59,973 nt of DNA from a virus (IMGVR_UViG_3300033153_006809:1-59973), one strand, 5' to 3'; counted from the stretch's first letter, positions 28,001 through 38,713 are shown. Notes: generated by a model not told the origin, from the letters alone. Translations and numbers: made by a program.

Positions 28001-29140
28001 ATGACAATAACATTTGAAGATTTAAAAAAGGCTATAGAAACGAATGTCAAAGGCACGCATGTATCAGTTCTTTCTGAATCAGATATTGCTGTAAATAGAT
28101 TTTGGGTATCAACACCAGCATACGATTTAAATAGAATACTATCTGGATCGCTCTTTAAAGGTATTCAATCTCGGAATTTAATGGCTCTTGTTGGGCCAGA
28201 GCATTCAATGAAATCATCACTAATGGTATTATGCATGGCGGCCGCACAAAAACAAGGCAAAAAATGTGTAATAATAGATACAGAAGGTGGTGTAAATGAA
28301 GAATTCTGTAAAAGATGGGGTTTAAATCCAGAAGAAACACTATATGTATACACACCTTGGGTACATGAAATAAAATCAGTTATAGCACAAATAAAAGAAT
28401 CTGGTGAGGAAGATTATATAATTGGAATTGATTCAGTTGGTGGAATTGATAGATATAAATCACATACAGACGCTCTAGCGGGTGATCCTAAGGCAGATCA
28501 AGGACTTCTGCAAAAAGAAATTAGAGGAGTTTTGAAATTATTGCTAAATATATGTATTGGACAGAACTCCATAGGAATAGTAAATGGTCATTATTATGGC
28601 AAGCCATCACATATTCCAATGCCGGATCAAATAGGTGGTGGAAAGGCAATGAAGCTGTTTCCTTCCATACTTGTGACACTAAAAAAAGAAGTAATGCATG
28701 AAACAAGTGCAAAAACATCACCAGTTATTGGTACAAAAATAACAGCCACAACTATGAAAAATAGATTATATCCACCATATCAAAAAGCAACCATTATGCT
28801 AGACTATAAAAATGGTCTACAAGAATATGGTGGTATGATGGAATTAGGAATGGAAGCTGGATTGATAAAACAATCTGGTTCATGGTATTCATATAAAGGA
28901 GAACGATTAGGACAAGGAATTATAAACGCCATGGAAGCCTTAAAGAGTCTTCCAAATATAACAAAGGAATTAGATAAGTGGTTAGAATCATCAGGATATT
29001 CTAAAATGGATGCTGATATAAAAGAGGCAGCTGAAATTGTAGAAGAGGAAGAATTAAAAGTTGAGGTGAGAGGAAAACCGACACCAAAAAAAGAAACAAC
29101 AAAATCAGCAAAAAAAATAACCATAAGGAAAAAGAAATAA
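28001..29140 (+). CDS. uvsX: RecA-like recombinase UvsX
   Basis: LNRILSG..G, Walker A GPEHSMKS, IDTEG, IDSVG, GGKA, KNR, SGSWYSY. Confidence 0.92.
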   Translation: MTITFEDLKKAIETNVKGTHVSVLSESDIAVNRFWVSTPAYDLNRILSGSLFKGIQSRNLMALVGPEHSMKSSLMVLCMAAAQKQGKKCVIIDTEGGVNEEFCKRWGLNPEETLYVYTPWVHEIKSVIAQIKESGEEDYIIGIDSVGGIDRYKSHTDALAGDPKADQGLLQKEIRGVLKLLLNICIGQNSIGIVNGHYYGKPSHIPMPDQIGGGKAMKLFPSILVTLKKEVMHETSAKTSPVIGTKITATTMKNRLYPPYQKATIMLDYKNGLQEYGGMMELGMEAGLIKQSGSWYSYKGERLGQGIINAMEALKSLPNITKELDKWLESSGYSKMDADIKEAAEIVEEEELKVEVRGKPTPKKETTKSAKKITIRKKK

Positions 29141-29148
29141 AACAGGGG

Positions 29149-29463
29149 GTGAATGTTGAAGTGGAGTGTTTAAGTGAATGTGAATTTCAGAAATTTAAAG
29201 AAGGCAAATTTTATTGTAAATATTATGACTTAAATTTAGAATACAGTGTGGAAAGTATGAAAGATGATATGAAAATTATAAGATGTGATTCTTGTGCAGA
29301 AGGAGATATTATTGGAAAAAATTCAATACAGGAAAAAGTTAAAAAAATAAAATATAGAATAGGTCTTGTGATGGATTCATTTTACTCTTTTAAAGATGAT
29401 GTGGAATCAGAAATAACAGAAATATATAGAAATTTGAAGGATTTAGAAAATGAAGATCAGTAA
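29149..29463 (+). CDS. Cys-rich hypothetical protein
   Basis: ORF track. Confidence 0.6.
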   Translation: MNVEVECLSECEFQKFKEGKFYCKYYDLNLEYSVESMKDDMKIIRCDSCAEGDIIGKNSIQEKVKKIKYRIGLVMDSFYSFKDDVESEITEIYRNLKDLENEDQ

Positions 29464-29653
29464 ATGGAGATCATTAAAAGTTGTTAAAAATCTAGAAACA
29501 ATAAATGAAGGTGATTGTTTTCTTATGGGTGAAAGGGTAGCAGAACAAAAAGAAACTAAAAAGATAGGTGATGAAATATCATATTACAAAATATTAAAAA
29601 AAGGCAAAAGCATAGAATATATACCATTATATGATATGTTAGAGGAGGGTTAA
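29450..29653 (+). CDS. Hypothetical protein
   Basis: ORF track. Confidence 0.6.
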   Translation: MKISKWRSLKVVKNLETINEGDCFLMGERVAEQKETKKIGDEISYYKILKKGKSIEYIPLYDMLEEG

Positions 29654-29655
29654 AA

Positions 29656-30060
29656 ATGGTAGATAAAAAAGTGGCAATAGTAGTAAAAATAGAGTATGAA
29701 ATTGATGATAATAGAGAAAGAGTATGGACAGCGTATATTATGGCATTTTCACAAGATGAAGCTGTTGAGTATCTTGCAAAATTTCTGAAGAAAACAATAA
29801 AGGTTACCTCAGTAGGCATGGAGGCACCAAGAATTGACGCCATAACAAGTGAAGTAAGAGAAACAATAACAGGTAAACCAAAAAAGAAAAAAGCAAATGT
29901 AGAACCAAAGTTAGATGGTTTTAAAAATCTTCAAAACGCTAGAGAACAAGCTTTGAAAGATCTAAAAGATCAAAATGTTGGTACAGAACAAAAAGAAGAA
30001 AAACCAACTGAAAAGAAAAAACCAACTATTAGTAAATCTTTGAATATAAAGAAGAAATAA
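29656..30060 (+). CDS. Hypothetical protein with Lys-rich tail
   Basis: GGAGG SD. Confidence 0.65.
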   Translation: MVDKKVAIVVKIEYEIDDNRERVWTAYIMAFSQDEAVEYLAKFLKKTIKVTSVGMEAPRIDAITSEVRETITGKPKKKKANVEPKLDGFKNLQNAREQALKDLKDQNVGTEQKEEKPTEKKKPTISKSLNIKKK

Positions 30061-30914
30061 TGATAGGAACATATAACATAGAAAAAAATATGGTTCATAA
30101 AATATCAGATATAATGGATGTTTATGAATTTTCTACAGACGATGTTGAATTCCCAGAAATTGATGGTATACTTATAGATTACATAAGTAAAGATAATTAT
30201 AAAGAATGGGTATATCAAGCGGCATTAATAGAAAAATATGTTAAAAAAACCAAAACAATAATATTTGATAGATATCTCTCTATAACAAACAAAGAGTTTG
30301 ATTGGTTAAAGAAATTTAATGTAACATTCTTTGAGCCAGCTATAAACAATAGACGGGATTTTCAATATTTGCCATATTGGGTAGATAACATAGAAATAGA
30401 TTGGTCATATGATATAAAAAAGAGTATACATCTAGCATATACTCATAATAATATGGAAGACAGACTAAAATATTTTGAAAAATATTATAAACAATATGCT
30501 ATGTTATTTCCTGATAAAAAAGTATGTTATTCTAGTAACATATTGAATGAAAAAAAAGTAAAAGACTATGAAAACAATAACATGATTTTTTATAAATCCA
30601 TTGATTATTCTAATGTATTATATAGTATATCAATAGATAATAAAAAGAATTATGAGATTGGATATCTGGATGAAAGCGTATTTAAGGCTTTAAAATGTGG
30701 ATGCGTGCCACTATTACCAAGTGAACATAAATATTTTCATGCTTTATTTGGAAATCTTGTTGTTGATAGTATAGAAGACATAGATTATTTAACATCAACA
30801 CCAGATTTAAATTGTGTCTTTATTGAAGATATATTAAAAAATCTTAATACGCTTTATCCAGAATTTTTGATAGATAATGTTGCAAAAGTATTAATAAATT
30901 GTTTAAAGGAGTGA
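30060..30914 (+). CDS. GT-B fold protein, T4 beta-glucosyltransferase/CgeB-like
   Basis: YSISIDNKKNYEIGYLDESVFKALKCGCVPLL resembles the GT-B C-terminal donor-binding segment. Confidence 0.5.
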   Translation: MIGTYNIEKNMVHKISDIMDVYEFSTDDVEFPEIDGILIDYISKDNYKEWVYQAALIEKYVKKTKTIIFDRYLSITNKEFDWLKKFNVTFFEPAINNRRDFQYLPYWVDNIEIDWSYDIKKSIHLAYTHNNMEDRLKYFEKYYKQYAMLFPDKKVCYSSNILNEKKVKDYENNNMIFYKSIDYSNVLYSISIDNKKNYEIGYLDESVFKALKCGCVPLLPSEHKYFHALFGNLVVDSIEDIDYLTSTPDLNCVFIEDILKNLNTLYPEFLIDNVAKVLINCLKE

Positions 30915-30918
30915 ATTT

Positions 30919-31239
30919 GTGGAAAAAATAGATATAACAATAGGTAATAAAATGACAATAAATACTCAGAATTATTCTAGTATTCAGCCTAATGTACAAC
31001 TAACAGTAAATGGTGTATCAACAGAAAGACTGGCTGAAGTTAAAGAGGCGATGAATAATATACTGGGTGTTTTTATGGCCGAAGAAATTTGTGATCTGAG
31101 TGGGATGATGGATACAATAAAAACTAATGGACTTGGAGAAGTAATTAAAAGATTCGAAAATCCTGATATGATTGAAAATATGAAAATTAGTTTACAAAAG
31201 TCTCTTGATGTTATACAATATACAATAGAAAGTGCATAA
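30919..31239 (+). CDS. Hypothetical protein
   Basis: TINTQNYSSIQ motif; AAGGAG SD. Confidence 0.6.
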   Translation: MEKIDITIGNKMTINTQNYSSIQPNVQLTVNGVSTERLAEVKEAMNNILGVFMAEEICDLSGMMDTIKTNGLGEVIKRFENPDMIENMKISLQKSLDVIQYTIESA

Positions 31240-31257
31240 TAGAGAAAGGAGATTATA

Positions 31258-31530
31258 GTGGATAAATTTGTACATGCTAGAATAGTATGTGTTGCTCGTT
31301 GTGAGAATGAATTAGAATCTTTAGACTTACAAATATTTTTCAATGAATACGAAAATGTTCAAAGAAGATTGTTGATAAGTAAAAATGAACATGTAATCAA
31401 AAATAATCCAGACGTTGATTATATTAATGTTGGCAAAGTATTTCATTGTATACTAAGGCACAATGAATTAGAAACCTTTGATGGCCCAATAAAAGGATGT
31501 TATATAAAATTAGAAGAAGAGATAATATGA
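31258..31530 (+). CDS. Hypothetical protein
   Basis: AAGGAG SD, GTG start. Confidence 0.55.
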   Translation: MDKFVHARIVCVARCENELESLDLQIFFNEYENVQRRLLISKNEHVIKNNPDVDYINVGKVFHCILRHNELETFDGPIKGCYIKLEEEII

Positions 31531-31680
31531 ATTATTTTAGTAAAACGAAATTTGATAGTATAAAAGGAATTAGAAAAGGTATAATGAGCCTTGGTATACA
31601 TCAGTTTATACAAAAGAACAAAGACAATAAAGAGTTTACTGAAAAAGAAAATGATATGAGACTAGAGAGGATGGGGTTTA

Positions 31681-32505
31681 GTGAAGAAAAATATTTTAAT
31701 AACAGGGGTTAATGGATATATAGGATTAAATTTATCTAATTACCTTATTAGAAATGGATATAATGTTTCTGGTATTGATAAGGTATTTGGTAATCCAGCA
31801 GAATTATTAACCGGATCAAATACCTTATATATTGATGCTATAGTTCACTTAGCTGCTCTATCAGGCATTAAGGCATGTGAGGATAATTTTGAAGAATCTA
31901 TAATAGATAATATTTCATCTGCTTTTAATATTTTTAATTTATCACATAAGTTTAGTACACCTGTTATATTCTTATCATCACAAGCGGCAAAAGATCCAAA
32001 ATCTAGTATATACGCAATGATGAAAAGAACAATAGAAATCCAAGCCGAGATGTTGAATAGAAAAACAGACTCAGATATAAAAGTATTGAGGTTGACTAAT
32101 ATATATGGTGGTGTTAGTTATCTTGAAAAAAAGAACACCGTAGTTAAGAAATTTATTGAGGCATATAAGAACAAGAGACAGATAATTATAGATGGTGATG
32201 GGTCACAGACCAGAGATTTTATACATGTTGATGATGTATGCGAATATATAATGAGATGCATTAGGTTTGATTCTGGTATAAAAATACTAGAGCCAGTAGA
32301 TATAGGAACTGGTGAACAAACAACAATAAATGAATTAGCAAGAATGTTTGATAATTGTAATGTAGAGTATGACACAGATTCCAGATCAGTAGGTGTGGAT
32401 ACTAACTATGCTGATATAACAAAGGCTGTTGAGATATTTGAGTATAAAGCAATAAATAGGTTAGAAGAATATATAGACGAAATATTAAATAAAGAAAGGA
32501 ATTAG
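31681..32505 (+). CDS. NAD-dependent epimerase/dehydratase (GalE-like)
   Basis: ITGVNGYIG, HLAA, YAMMK, RLTNIYG, GDGSQTRDFIHVDD. Confidence 0.92.
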   Translation: MKKNILITGVNGYIGLNLSNYLIRNGYNVSGIDKVFGNPAELLTGSNTLYIDAIVHLAALSGIKACEDNFEESIIDNISSAFNIFNLSHKFSTPVIFLSSQAAKDPKSSIYAMMKRTIEIQAEMLNRKTDSDIKVLRLTNIYGGVSYLEKKNTVVKKFIEAYKNKRQIIIDGDGSQTRDFIHVDDVCEYIMRCIRFDSGIKILEPVDIGTGEQTTINELARMFDNCNVEYDTDSRSVGVDTNYADITKAVEIFEYKAINRLEEYIDEILNKERN

Positions 32506-32510
32506 AACTC

Positions 32511-32753
32511 ATGTTTGATGATATTTTTAAAGGTACGGACTTTGGTGATATAAAAGATAAAGAAGAAGATAAGGTAATTGAAAATGCTAATGAAAAAGAT
32601 ATTTGGCATACTGGTCAAAAACCAGATGTTTGGTCAGTGGTACAAGATGAATTTTGGGATCTTGATGATTTAGATGAAGATGAAGATGAATATTCTAAAG
32701 AGGAAACGAGTTCTGAAAAACCAACTAGTGGTTTATTTGATGATATTTTTTGA
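32511..32753 (+). CDS. Highly acidic small protein
   Basis: D/E rich; FDDIF at both termini. Confidence 0.6.
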   Translation: MFDDIFKGTDFGDIKDKEEDKVIENANEKDIWHTGQKPDVWSVVQDEFWDLDDLDEDEDEYSKEETSSEKPTSGLFDDIF

Positions 32754-33420
32754 CTAATGGTAGTATAAAATCTTCACGAACTCTATTATATTTTATAGTA
32801 TAATCATTGTTGTCGCCAGAAGAAATATCATCTGGTGTTGAAATAACTTTAAATGTTGCTGAAGGGCAAGGTATTCCATATATACCTTGCCCTAAACATT
32901 TTATAAGAAAGGCCCAATCAAGTAGCCGTTTATATTTATTATCAGTAACCAATCCAACTTTTTCTATAATTTCTGTTGAATACAGTGAATTAGAGCTTAT
33001 GTAATTTGCTTGTAGAAGTTTTTTTGGATCAAAAGGAATTGCTGGAAAATCATGATCTACATATCCTGTGTACTTAAAAGATGCATAGGCATATCCAATA
33101 ATAACATCACTTCTAATAGAATTATTTTCTAATGTATTATATAATCTATCTAACGTATGTCTTCCTAAATCAATATCCCTATCAAGAAAAAATATATAAG
33201 GTGGTAGTTCGCCAACTCTTTTTTTATACCAATCAATACTATTAAGATGGTTCATTGGTATATTATTATTACTAGAACAAGACAACCATGTATGAGGTAC
33301 ATCATTTCTTTTTAGTGTTTTTTTGGTTATTTTACTTATTTTATGTGATGTTAGTAGTGGTGTTAACACTAATATTTCTGCATTCTCATGTTTTTTTAAA
33401 ACTTTAACATCATACTCCAT
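32725..33420 (-). CDS. GT-A (GT2-like) glycosyltransferase
   Basis: Likely start MEYDVKV at 33420; FFLDRD (DxD), NYISSNSL, RLLDW. Confidence 0.7.
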   Translation of the reverse strand: MEYDVKVLKKHENAEILVLTPLLTSHKISKITKKTLKRNDVPHTWLSCSSNNNIPMNHLNSIDWYKKRVGELPPYIFFLDRDIDLGRHTLDRLYNTLENNSIRSDVIIGYAYASFKYTGYVDHDFPAIPFDPKKLLQANYISSNSLYSTEIIEKVGLVTDNKYKRLLDWAFLIKCLGQGIYGIPCPSATFKVISTPDDISSGDNNDYTIKYNRVREDFILPLVKKYHQINH

Positions 33421-33829
33421 TCTTTTTTCCTTTTGGTAAACGATATATTTTTTTCTTCTTTGATGATTTAGTATATGCTTCAATTTTTATTAGAGCATTA
33501 TATCTCATATTTGCTCTCCATCTCCACATTCCATCCTCTACACACTTATTTCTATATCTTTTATCAACTGATTTTTTAACATCATGAGATAACAGACCAT
33601 ATCTCATTAATTTATAAAAGGCATCATGTTCTGCTGAAGCTTGTTGACTTGATTTAGTATCAAACACACCACTAGACCCATCCCACGCATATCCTTTTTT
33701 TAAAATTAATGTACCATCTTCTTTTAATATTATCCATTTTGTTTCTATATAATTTGCCGGTAACACACCAGTTGATGCTGTATAATCTTCTTCTAATTGA
33801 TATTTAAAACCCCTTTTATATGATATCAT
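33410..33829 (-). CDS. DUF1353-family protein
   Basis: GYAWDGSS...ASAEHDAFY. Confidence 0.8.
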   Translation of the reverse strand: MISYKRGFKYQLEEDYTASTGVLPANYIETKWIILKEDGTLILKKGYAWDGSSGVFDTKSSQQASAEHDAFYKLMRYGLLSHDVKKSVDKRYRNKCVEDGMWRWRANMRYNALIKIEAYTKSSKKKKIYRLPKGKKNGV

Positions 33830-34656
33830 TTGTTCCCTGTTTTATAGATAGTTTTTAACATATCTTCAAATTTATCTTTCAATAGATTATATGTGGCTGG
33901 ATTATGTGCGACATATAAGTTTTTATTTTTAATTATCTCATTTACTATATCACCTTTAAAAAATCTAAGACTTGTTTGAAATTCCTCAGTAATAGGTTTT
34001 CCCATATATCCCATAAAATTATTTGCTATATAAAATAAACCAACATCCCCATGCATATCTATTTTTTTAAATACTTTCTGCCACATTACTTCTTCTGTCT
34101 TATATTTCTTATATACTTCTTTTATAAAATTAGAATTAAATATAACTATTGTTTGTGATAATCTAGATGGCAATTTCTTTATCTTCATATTATCATATTT
34201 TATCACTTTTGTAAACTCTAAAGGTGGGGTATCTATATTAACAAATGGAGTTATAAAACTCCATTTATCTTTCATCTTCTCATTATATACTGGAAGAAAA
34301 TCTCTGAAAATAAACATATCATTATGTAATAGATATACTTCATCATATCCAATTTCATAATAATACTTATACATAGAAAACATACCTATAATCTCACAAC
34401 AATGAAACTCTCTGTTTAAAGGTACAAAATCCTGTCTATGACAATCATAAAATATATAACCATGCTCTTTTGAATACTCTTTTAATTTTTTAGATTGCTT
34501 TTGATTCTTATTACCAAACGTAGATATACCAATATCTATACTATCTTTATAAACAAATTTTATACTTTTCAAACAGTTCTTTATTCTGGGTAAATGTGAA
34601 TCAAGCCCACAAATAACAAATATTCTTTTCAAACTTTCTCCAATATAAGTAAACAA
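33826..34656 (-). CDS. Putative GT-A glycosyltransferase
   Basis: LLHND (DxD-like); island context. Confidence 0.5.
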   Translation of the reverse strand: MFTYIGESLKRIFVICGLDSHLPRIKNCLKSIKFVYKDSIDIGISTFGNKNQKQSKKLKEYSKEHGYIFYDCHRQDFVPLNREFHCCEIIGMFSMYKYYYEIGYDEVYLLHNDMFIFRDFLPVYNEKMKDKWSFITPFVNIDTPPLEFTKVIKYDNMKIKKLPSRLSQTIVIFNSNFIKEVYKKYKTEEVMWQKVFKKIDMHGDVGLFYIANNFMGYMGKPITEEFQTSLRFFKGDIVNEIIKNKNLYVAHNPATYNLLKDKFEDMLKTIYKTGNK

Positions 34657-35261
34657 ATATCATCTACTTTACAATCATAACCTATTATTTTATATTCTTT
34701 ATATTTTTTTACCTTCTCTATTTCAGATTTTGCCCAATTAGAAAGTTGTTTATTTTTACTTTCTAATGATCGGGTTTGGAATAATAATAAAGCACCTGGA
34801 TTTAACTTATTTTTCAATTCTTTTAAATATAAATCAATAGACCAATGAAACCCTATAGAAATAATACTATATACTATATCAAATTTAACTTTAGGTAATT
34901 GTTCCTTTTCATAATTGATTAAAACCAAATTTTTTAATCCATTACTATTACAATACTCTTTTGTAGCATCTAATGAATTATAATACACACCTTTTGACCC
35001 AACATTAACACCACCAACTGTTTTATTACCACTATCACCATCTAATAAATAAAATTTAGTATCTATCCAAAAGAGTTTTTTAAAAATATACACAGAACCT
35101 CTACCCAACCCAGCACCCAATTCAAGAACATTTTTAGGATGTATATCTTTTAAACGATCTATCATCATATCAAGAATTTTTGACTCTTTGTATGCTTTAA
35201 AATCATTTAAGGTATGCAACTTCACATATCTTTTAGTTTTTTCTGTAAAAGTCAATTCCAT
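34629..35261 (-). CDS. Class I SAM methyltransferase
   Basis: VLELGAGLGR, FDIVYS, LNPGA. Confidence 0.85.
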   Translation of the reverse strand: MELTFTEKTKRYVKLHTLNDFKAYKESKILDMMIDRLKDIHPKNVLELGAGLGRGSVYIFKKLFWIDTKFYLLDGDSGNKTVGGVNVGSKGVYYNSLDATKEYCNSNGLKNLVLINYEKEQLPKVKFDIVYSIISIGFHWSIDLYLKELKNKLNPGALLLFQTRSLESKNKQLSNWAKSEIEKVKKYKEYKIIGYDCKVDDICLLILEKV

Positions 35262-35262
35262 A

Positions 35263-36261
35263 TTACATTACTCTAAAATCATAACCATTTTTTATTTCAT
35301 CTTCATAAAAAGTAATCAAATCATCAATAGTTTCCTCTACAAGAAATCTTGGTTCCCATCCAACAAATTTATGTATTTTATCTGTATATGGTATTTTATC
35401 AATTGCTTCTGCAAACAAAGGGCCATGAATTTCTTTTGGATCAATATAAATTATTTCACATTTCTTTGTATACCTTTCATTGATTTTCTTCACTACCAAA
35501 TATGCGAGGTCATTTATTGTCATTCTATTTTTAACATTACCTATGTTCCAAATTTCATTTATATTTTTAGAATTTAAAATTTGTAATATAGCTTCACATA
35601 TATCACGAACATCTGTAAATGCTCTTTCTTGTTCACCATCTCCAAATATAGTTATAGGCTGATCTGTTAGTGATGCAATTATAAATCTTGGAAGAACAAA
35701 ACCACCATCTGGTCTTTGTCTTGGCCCTGCGACATTAAAAGGACGAATAATATGATATTTTAATCTCTCATCAACTTTAGCTTTATTTACAACAGCTATC
35801 TCTGATGTCATTTTACCTGCGCCATATTCAGTTCTTACTTGATATACACCTGGATATACTTTTTGGCTATCTTCTTTTAATAATCCTGTGTGACCATACA
35901 CCTCTGAAGTAGAAATATCAATAAACATTGCCCCTGTTCTTATACAATAATCTCTAACTTCAAGTGTATCATTTAAAATTATTTTCGCCATTTCTCCAGA
36001 ATATTTCAATATACCCGATGGCCCAACAAACGAAGCCAAATGAAACACAACATCAATATCATCTGGAAAATATTTTACAGCATCACCAGTATTATCAATT
36101 ATAACTTCACATTTATCAGAAAACATATCCTCTGAAACAGAATTACTAATTTTATTATCTACAATAATAATTTCTATACCTTGATCTAAAAGCATATCAA
36201 CTAAATTAGAACCTATAAAACCCAAACCTCCAGTTACTACTACTTTTTTCATATATCCCAT
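35263..36261 (-). CDS. NAD-dependent epimerase/decarboxylase (UXS/ArnA-like)
   Basis: TGGLGFIG, FHLAS, STSEVYG, YGAGK, RPFNVAGPRQ. Confidence 0.9.
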   Translation of the reverse strand: MGYMKKVVVTGGLGFIGSNLVDMLLDQGIEIIIVDNKISNSVSEDMFSDKCEVIIDNTGDAVKYFPDDIDVVFHLASFVGPSGILKYSGEMAKIILNDTLEVRDYCIRTGAMFIDISTSEVYGHTGLLKEDSQKVYPGVYQVRTEYGAGKMTSEIAVVNKAKVDERLKYHIIRPFNVAGPRQRPDGGFVLPRFIIASLTDQPITIFGDGEQERAFTDVRDICEAILQILNSKNINEIWNIGNVKNRMTINDLAYLVVKKINERYTKKCEIIYIDPKEIHGPLFAEAIDKIPYTDKIHKFVGWEPRFLVEETIDDLITFYEDEIKNGYDFRVM

Positions 36262-36926
36262 TCCTTATAAATTTGGAAATAGTTATCACTAACCAACTCT
36301 TTTAAATAGTTTCCAAATTTATCATTCAATATTTTATGAACGTTATTATTTATTCCACTTAAAGCACTTCTCATCATATTGTTATTTATTTTATTTGAAT
36401 CTTTTTTTGCGTATTCAAATCTAATTATTTTATTTTTTAATTTTACATGATCCTCAACAAAACGATTCCAAAGACTAGCATACCATTCAACAGCTTTTTT
36501 GCTATTCAAACCAACACCAAGTTTTTCTAATGTTTCTGGATGTCTTCTTGTCATAAACGAAGCCATAGCATTTGTAGGATGCCTTACAAGACAAATAACA
36601 CTTATCTTGTTATCTAAAAAGAAATTACCCAACAAAGATATAGATCCACCTAAAACACAATATGTATTTGTTTTATATAGTTTATTTATATACCTAATAA
36701 AATTTTCTTCAATTGTTAAGTCAGCATTGAATTTTATAAAATTCTTAGTTCTCTTATTGAAAACTTTTAATTGTTCTTCATTTGGTCTATGCTTTAAAGT
36801 ATAGTCTTGCCACTTTGCCCATTCTCCTATGCCTTTAAATGCTATATCTGGTCTAGAATGTGCATTTAATCGACTTCCAAGATATGATGAAGCATGTGCA
36901 CCAGGTGCTATTATTATATTTTCCAT
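36249..36926 (-). CDS. Sulfotransferase-like protein
   Basis: Degenerate 5'-PSB loop; LVRHP..AMAS, W, IIRFE. Confidence 0.55.
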   Translation of the reverse strand: MENIIIAPGAHASSYLGSRLNAHSRPDIAFKGIGEWAKWQDYTLKHRPNEEQLKVFNKRTKNFIKFNADLTIEENFIRYINKLYKTNTYCVLGGSISLLGNFFLDNKISVICLVRHPTNAMASFMTRRHPETLEKLGVGLNSKKAVEWYASLWNRFVEDHVKLKNKIIRFEYAKKDSNKINNNMMRSALSGINNNVHKILNDKFGNYLKELVSDNYFQIYKEWDI

Positions 36927-37555
36927 TATCTTTTTCCAAATATCTCAAAATGAGCACCTTTCCAATTAGGGCCACTAACTATATAATGCTTCAAATCATA
37001 TTCTTCAAATTTTGATTCATTAATTATATTTATAACAGATGATTTATTCATACCAAAAGGCGTCCATTTAACATACTCTTCATCCGCAATAGTAATAAAA
37101 AATTTACCACCTATTTTCATAGCATCAAAAATTTTATCACATATATACCGAGTAAAGGGACTATGTTCTCCCAAAACACCAATTGAATAAATAAAATCAT
37201 ATAATTCACTTCCAAGATCCGTATGGTAGATATCCCCTTTAATCAAATATATTTTAGATAAAGATGACTTATCCATTAGAGCTGGATTTTCTGCATATTC
37301 TAACATAAAATGATTAACATCAATACCAACCAACTTTCTAAAATTTCTCACAGCATGAAAATATCTTCCACTTCCACATCCAACATCTAAAACATCTATT
37401 TCTTTATTAAAAGAATTACATATATCAAATATTATTTTATCTCTATGTTTTCTTGCCTTTTTATTTTTTTCTGAAAAGTCTGTTTCTTTATATCTGTCAG
37501 CTTTTTTCTTTGGATAGTATTCTTGTACTGTTTTTATATTTTCCATAAGCCACAT
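36926..37555 (-). CDS. Class I SAM methyltransferase
   Basis: VLDVGCGSGR, GID, YDFIYSIGVL. Confidence 0.88.
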   Translation of the reverse strand: MWLMENIKTVQEYYPKKKADRYKETDFSEKNKKARKHRDKIIFDICNSFNKEIDVLDVGCGSGRYFHAVRNFRKLVGIDVNHFMLEYAENPALMDKSSLSKIYLIKGDIYHTDLGSELYDFIYSIGVLGEHSPFTRYICDKIFDAMKIGGKFFITIADEEYVKWTPFGMNKSSVINIINESKFEEYDLKHYIVSGPNWKGAHFEIFGKR

Positions 37556-38127
37556 TTTTTTAGAGGATCTTTACTCCAAGTCCATACTTTATTATTTTTA
37601 TATATTAATTTTATCTTATTATAAAATGATATATCTATTGAGCAGTCCTTTATTTTATTATTTAAAAAGACCCTTTGATATGTTTTTGATATTTTTTTCC
37701 AATATGACCAATCACTAGGTATAAACATATCACTTATAATTACAGGATATTCAGAATGCATTGCTATATTAAAAAGTATAATATGATCCATCATACCATA
37801 TTCACCCCACGGATTATGGGTAAAAATATAATCGAATGAGAATTTTTCAATATTTTGAGTTATATCATCACATATACTTTTTAAAGCACCACCCTTACCT
37901 GGTGTTTTATAAAATGCTGAATTATAATCAAGGCATGTATATTTTATAGATAACATATCACATATTTGGCCAAAAATACTCTTACGATGTGAACACCATT
38001 TTCTCTCAGGATTATTGACATCACTTGTACACATAAGTATCTGTTTTTCTATATTATTATCTTGTAATATAGGCCATCCACATATTATTTCATCATCTGG
38101 ATGTGCCATTAGCATTAATACTTTCAT
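37534..38127 (-). CDS. PIG-L/LmbE-family deacetylase
   Basis: AHPDDE; THNPWGEYG..DH. Confidence 0.88.
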   Translation of the reverse strand: MKVLMLMAHPDDEIICGWPILQDNNIEKQILMCTSDVNNPERKWCSHRKSIFGQICDMLSIKYTCLDYNSAFYKTPGKGGALKSICDDITQNIEKFSFDYIFTHNPWGEYGMMDHIILFNIAMHSEYPVIISDMFIPSDWSYWKKISKTYQRVFLNNKIKDCSIDISFYNKIKLIYKNNKVWTWSKDPLKKCGLWKI

Positions 38128-38128
38128 A

Positions 38129-38713
38129 TTATTTCCTTATAAAAAGACCATCTGGACGATTACCAATTAGTTTACAATGAAACCTTTTCGAAAGTCTTTC
38201 TATTATTTTATCAACATCCTTTTTAGTTATATCAAAATAATCTCTAAATGAATGAAACTCTACAGATATTTGATCACATCTAGATAATAGATTCAAGTCA
38301 CCATTCAAAAGTATATTTTTTTCAGCACCTTCACAATCTAATTTTAAGAGAGCAACTTTACTATGATTCTTTAAAATATCATCAATACTAATCACATCAA
38401 CTTTATATGATTCTGTTGGTGTTCTTTTACTATCAATTAAAGTATTACTACCACCATCCCATCCATATCCAAATACATTAAAATTGGATTTACCTGTAAA
38501 ATCTGATACAGCTTTATTAAATGCTTTAAACTTTGGATTATTTATTTTCTTTAGTTTTTCAAAATTATCTTTACTAGGTTCATAAGATTCAATATAACAA
38601 TGAAACTTCTCTAACATAGGATTTGCAAAAATACCATACAAAGCACCAATATCAATAATTACTGAATTTTTGTTTATTTTGTTTTCTTTAAACGTATGTC
38701 CACTTATCTTCAT
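38129..38713 (-). CDS. FkbM-family methyltransferase
   Basis: DIGA..G, YEP, LLKLDCEGAE, EFH. Confidence 0.9.
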   Translation of the reverse strand: MKISGHTFKENKINKNSVIIDIGALYGIFANPMLEKFHCYIESYEPSKDNFEKLKKINNPKFKAFNKAVSDFTGKSNFNVFGYGWDGGSNTLIDSKRTPTESYKVDVISIDDILKNHSKVALLKLDCEGAEKNILLNGDLNLLSRCDQISVEFHSFRDYFDITKKDVDKIIERLSKRFHCKLIGNRPDGLFIRK

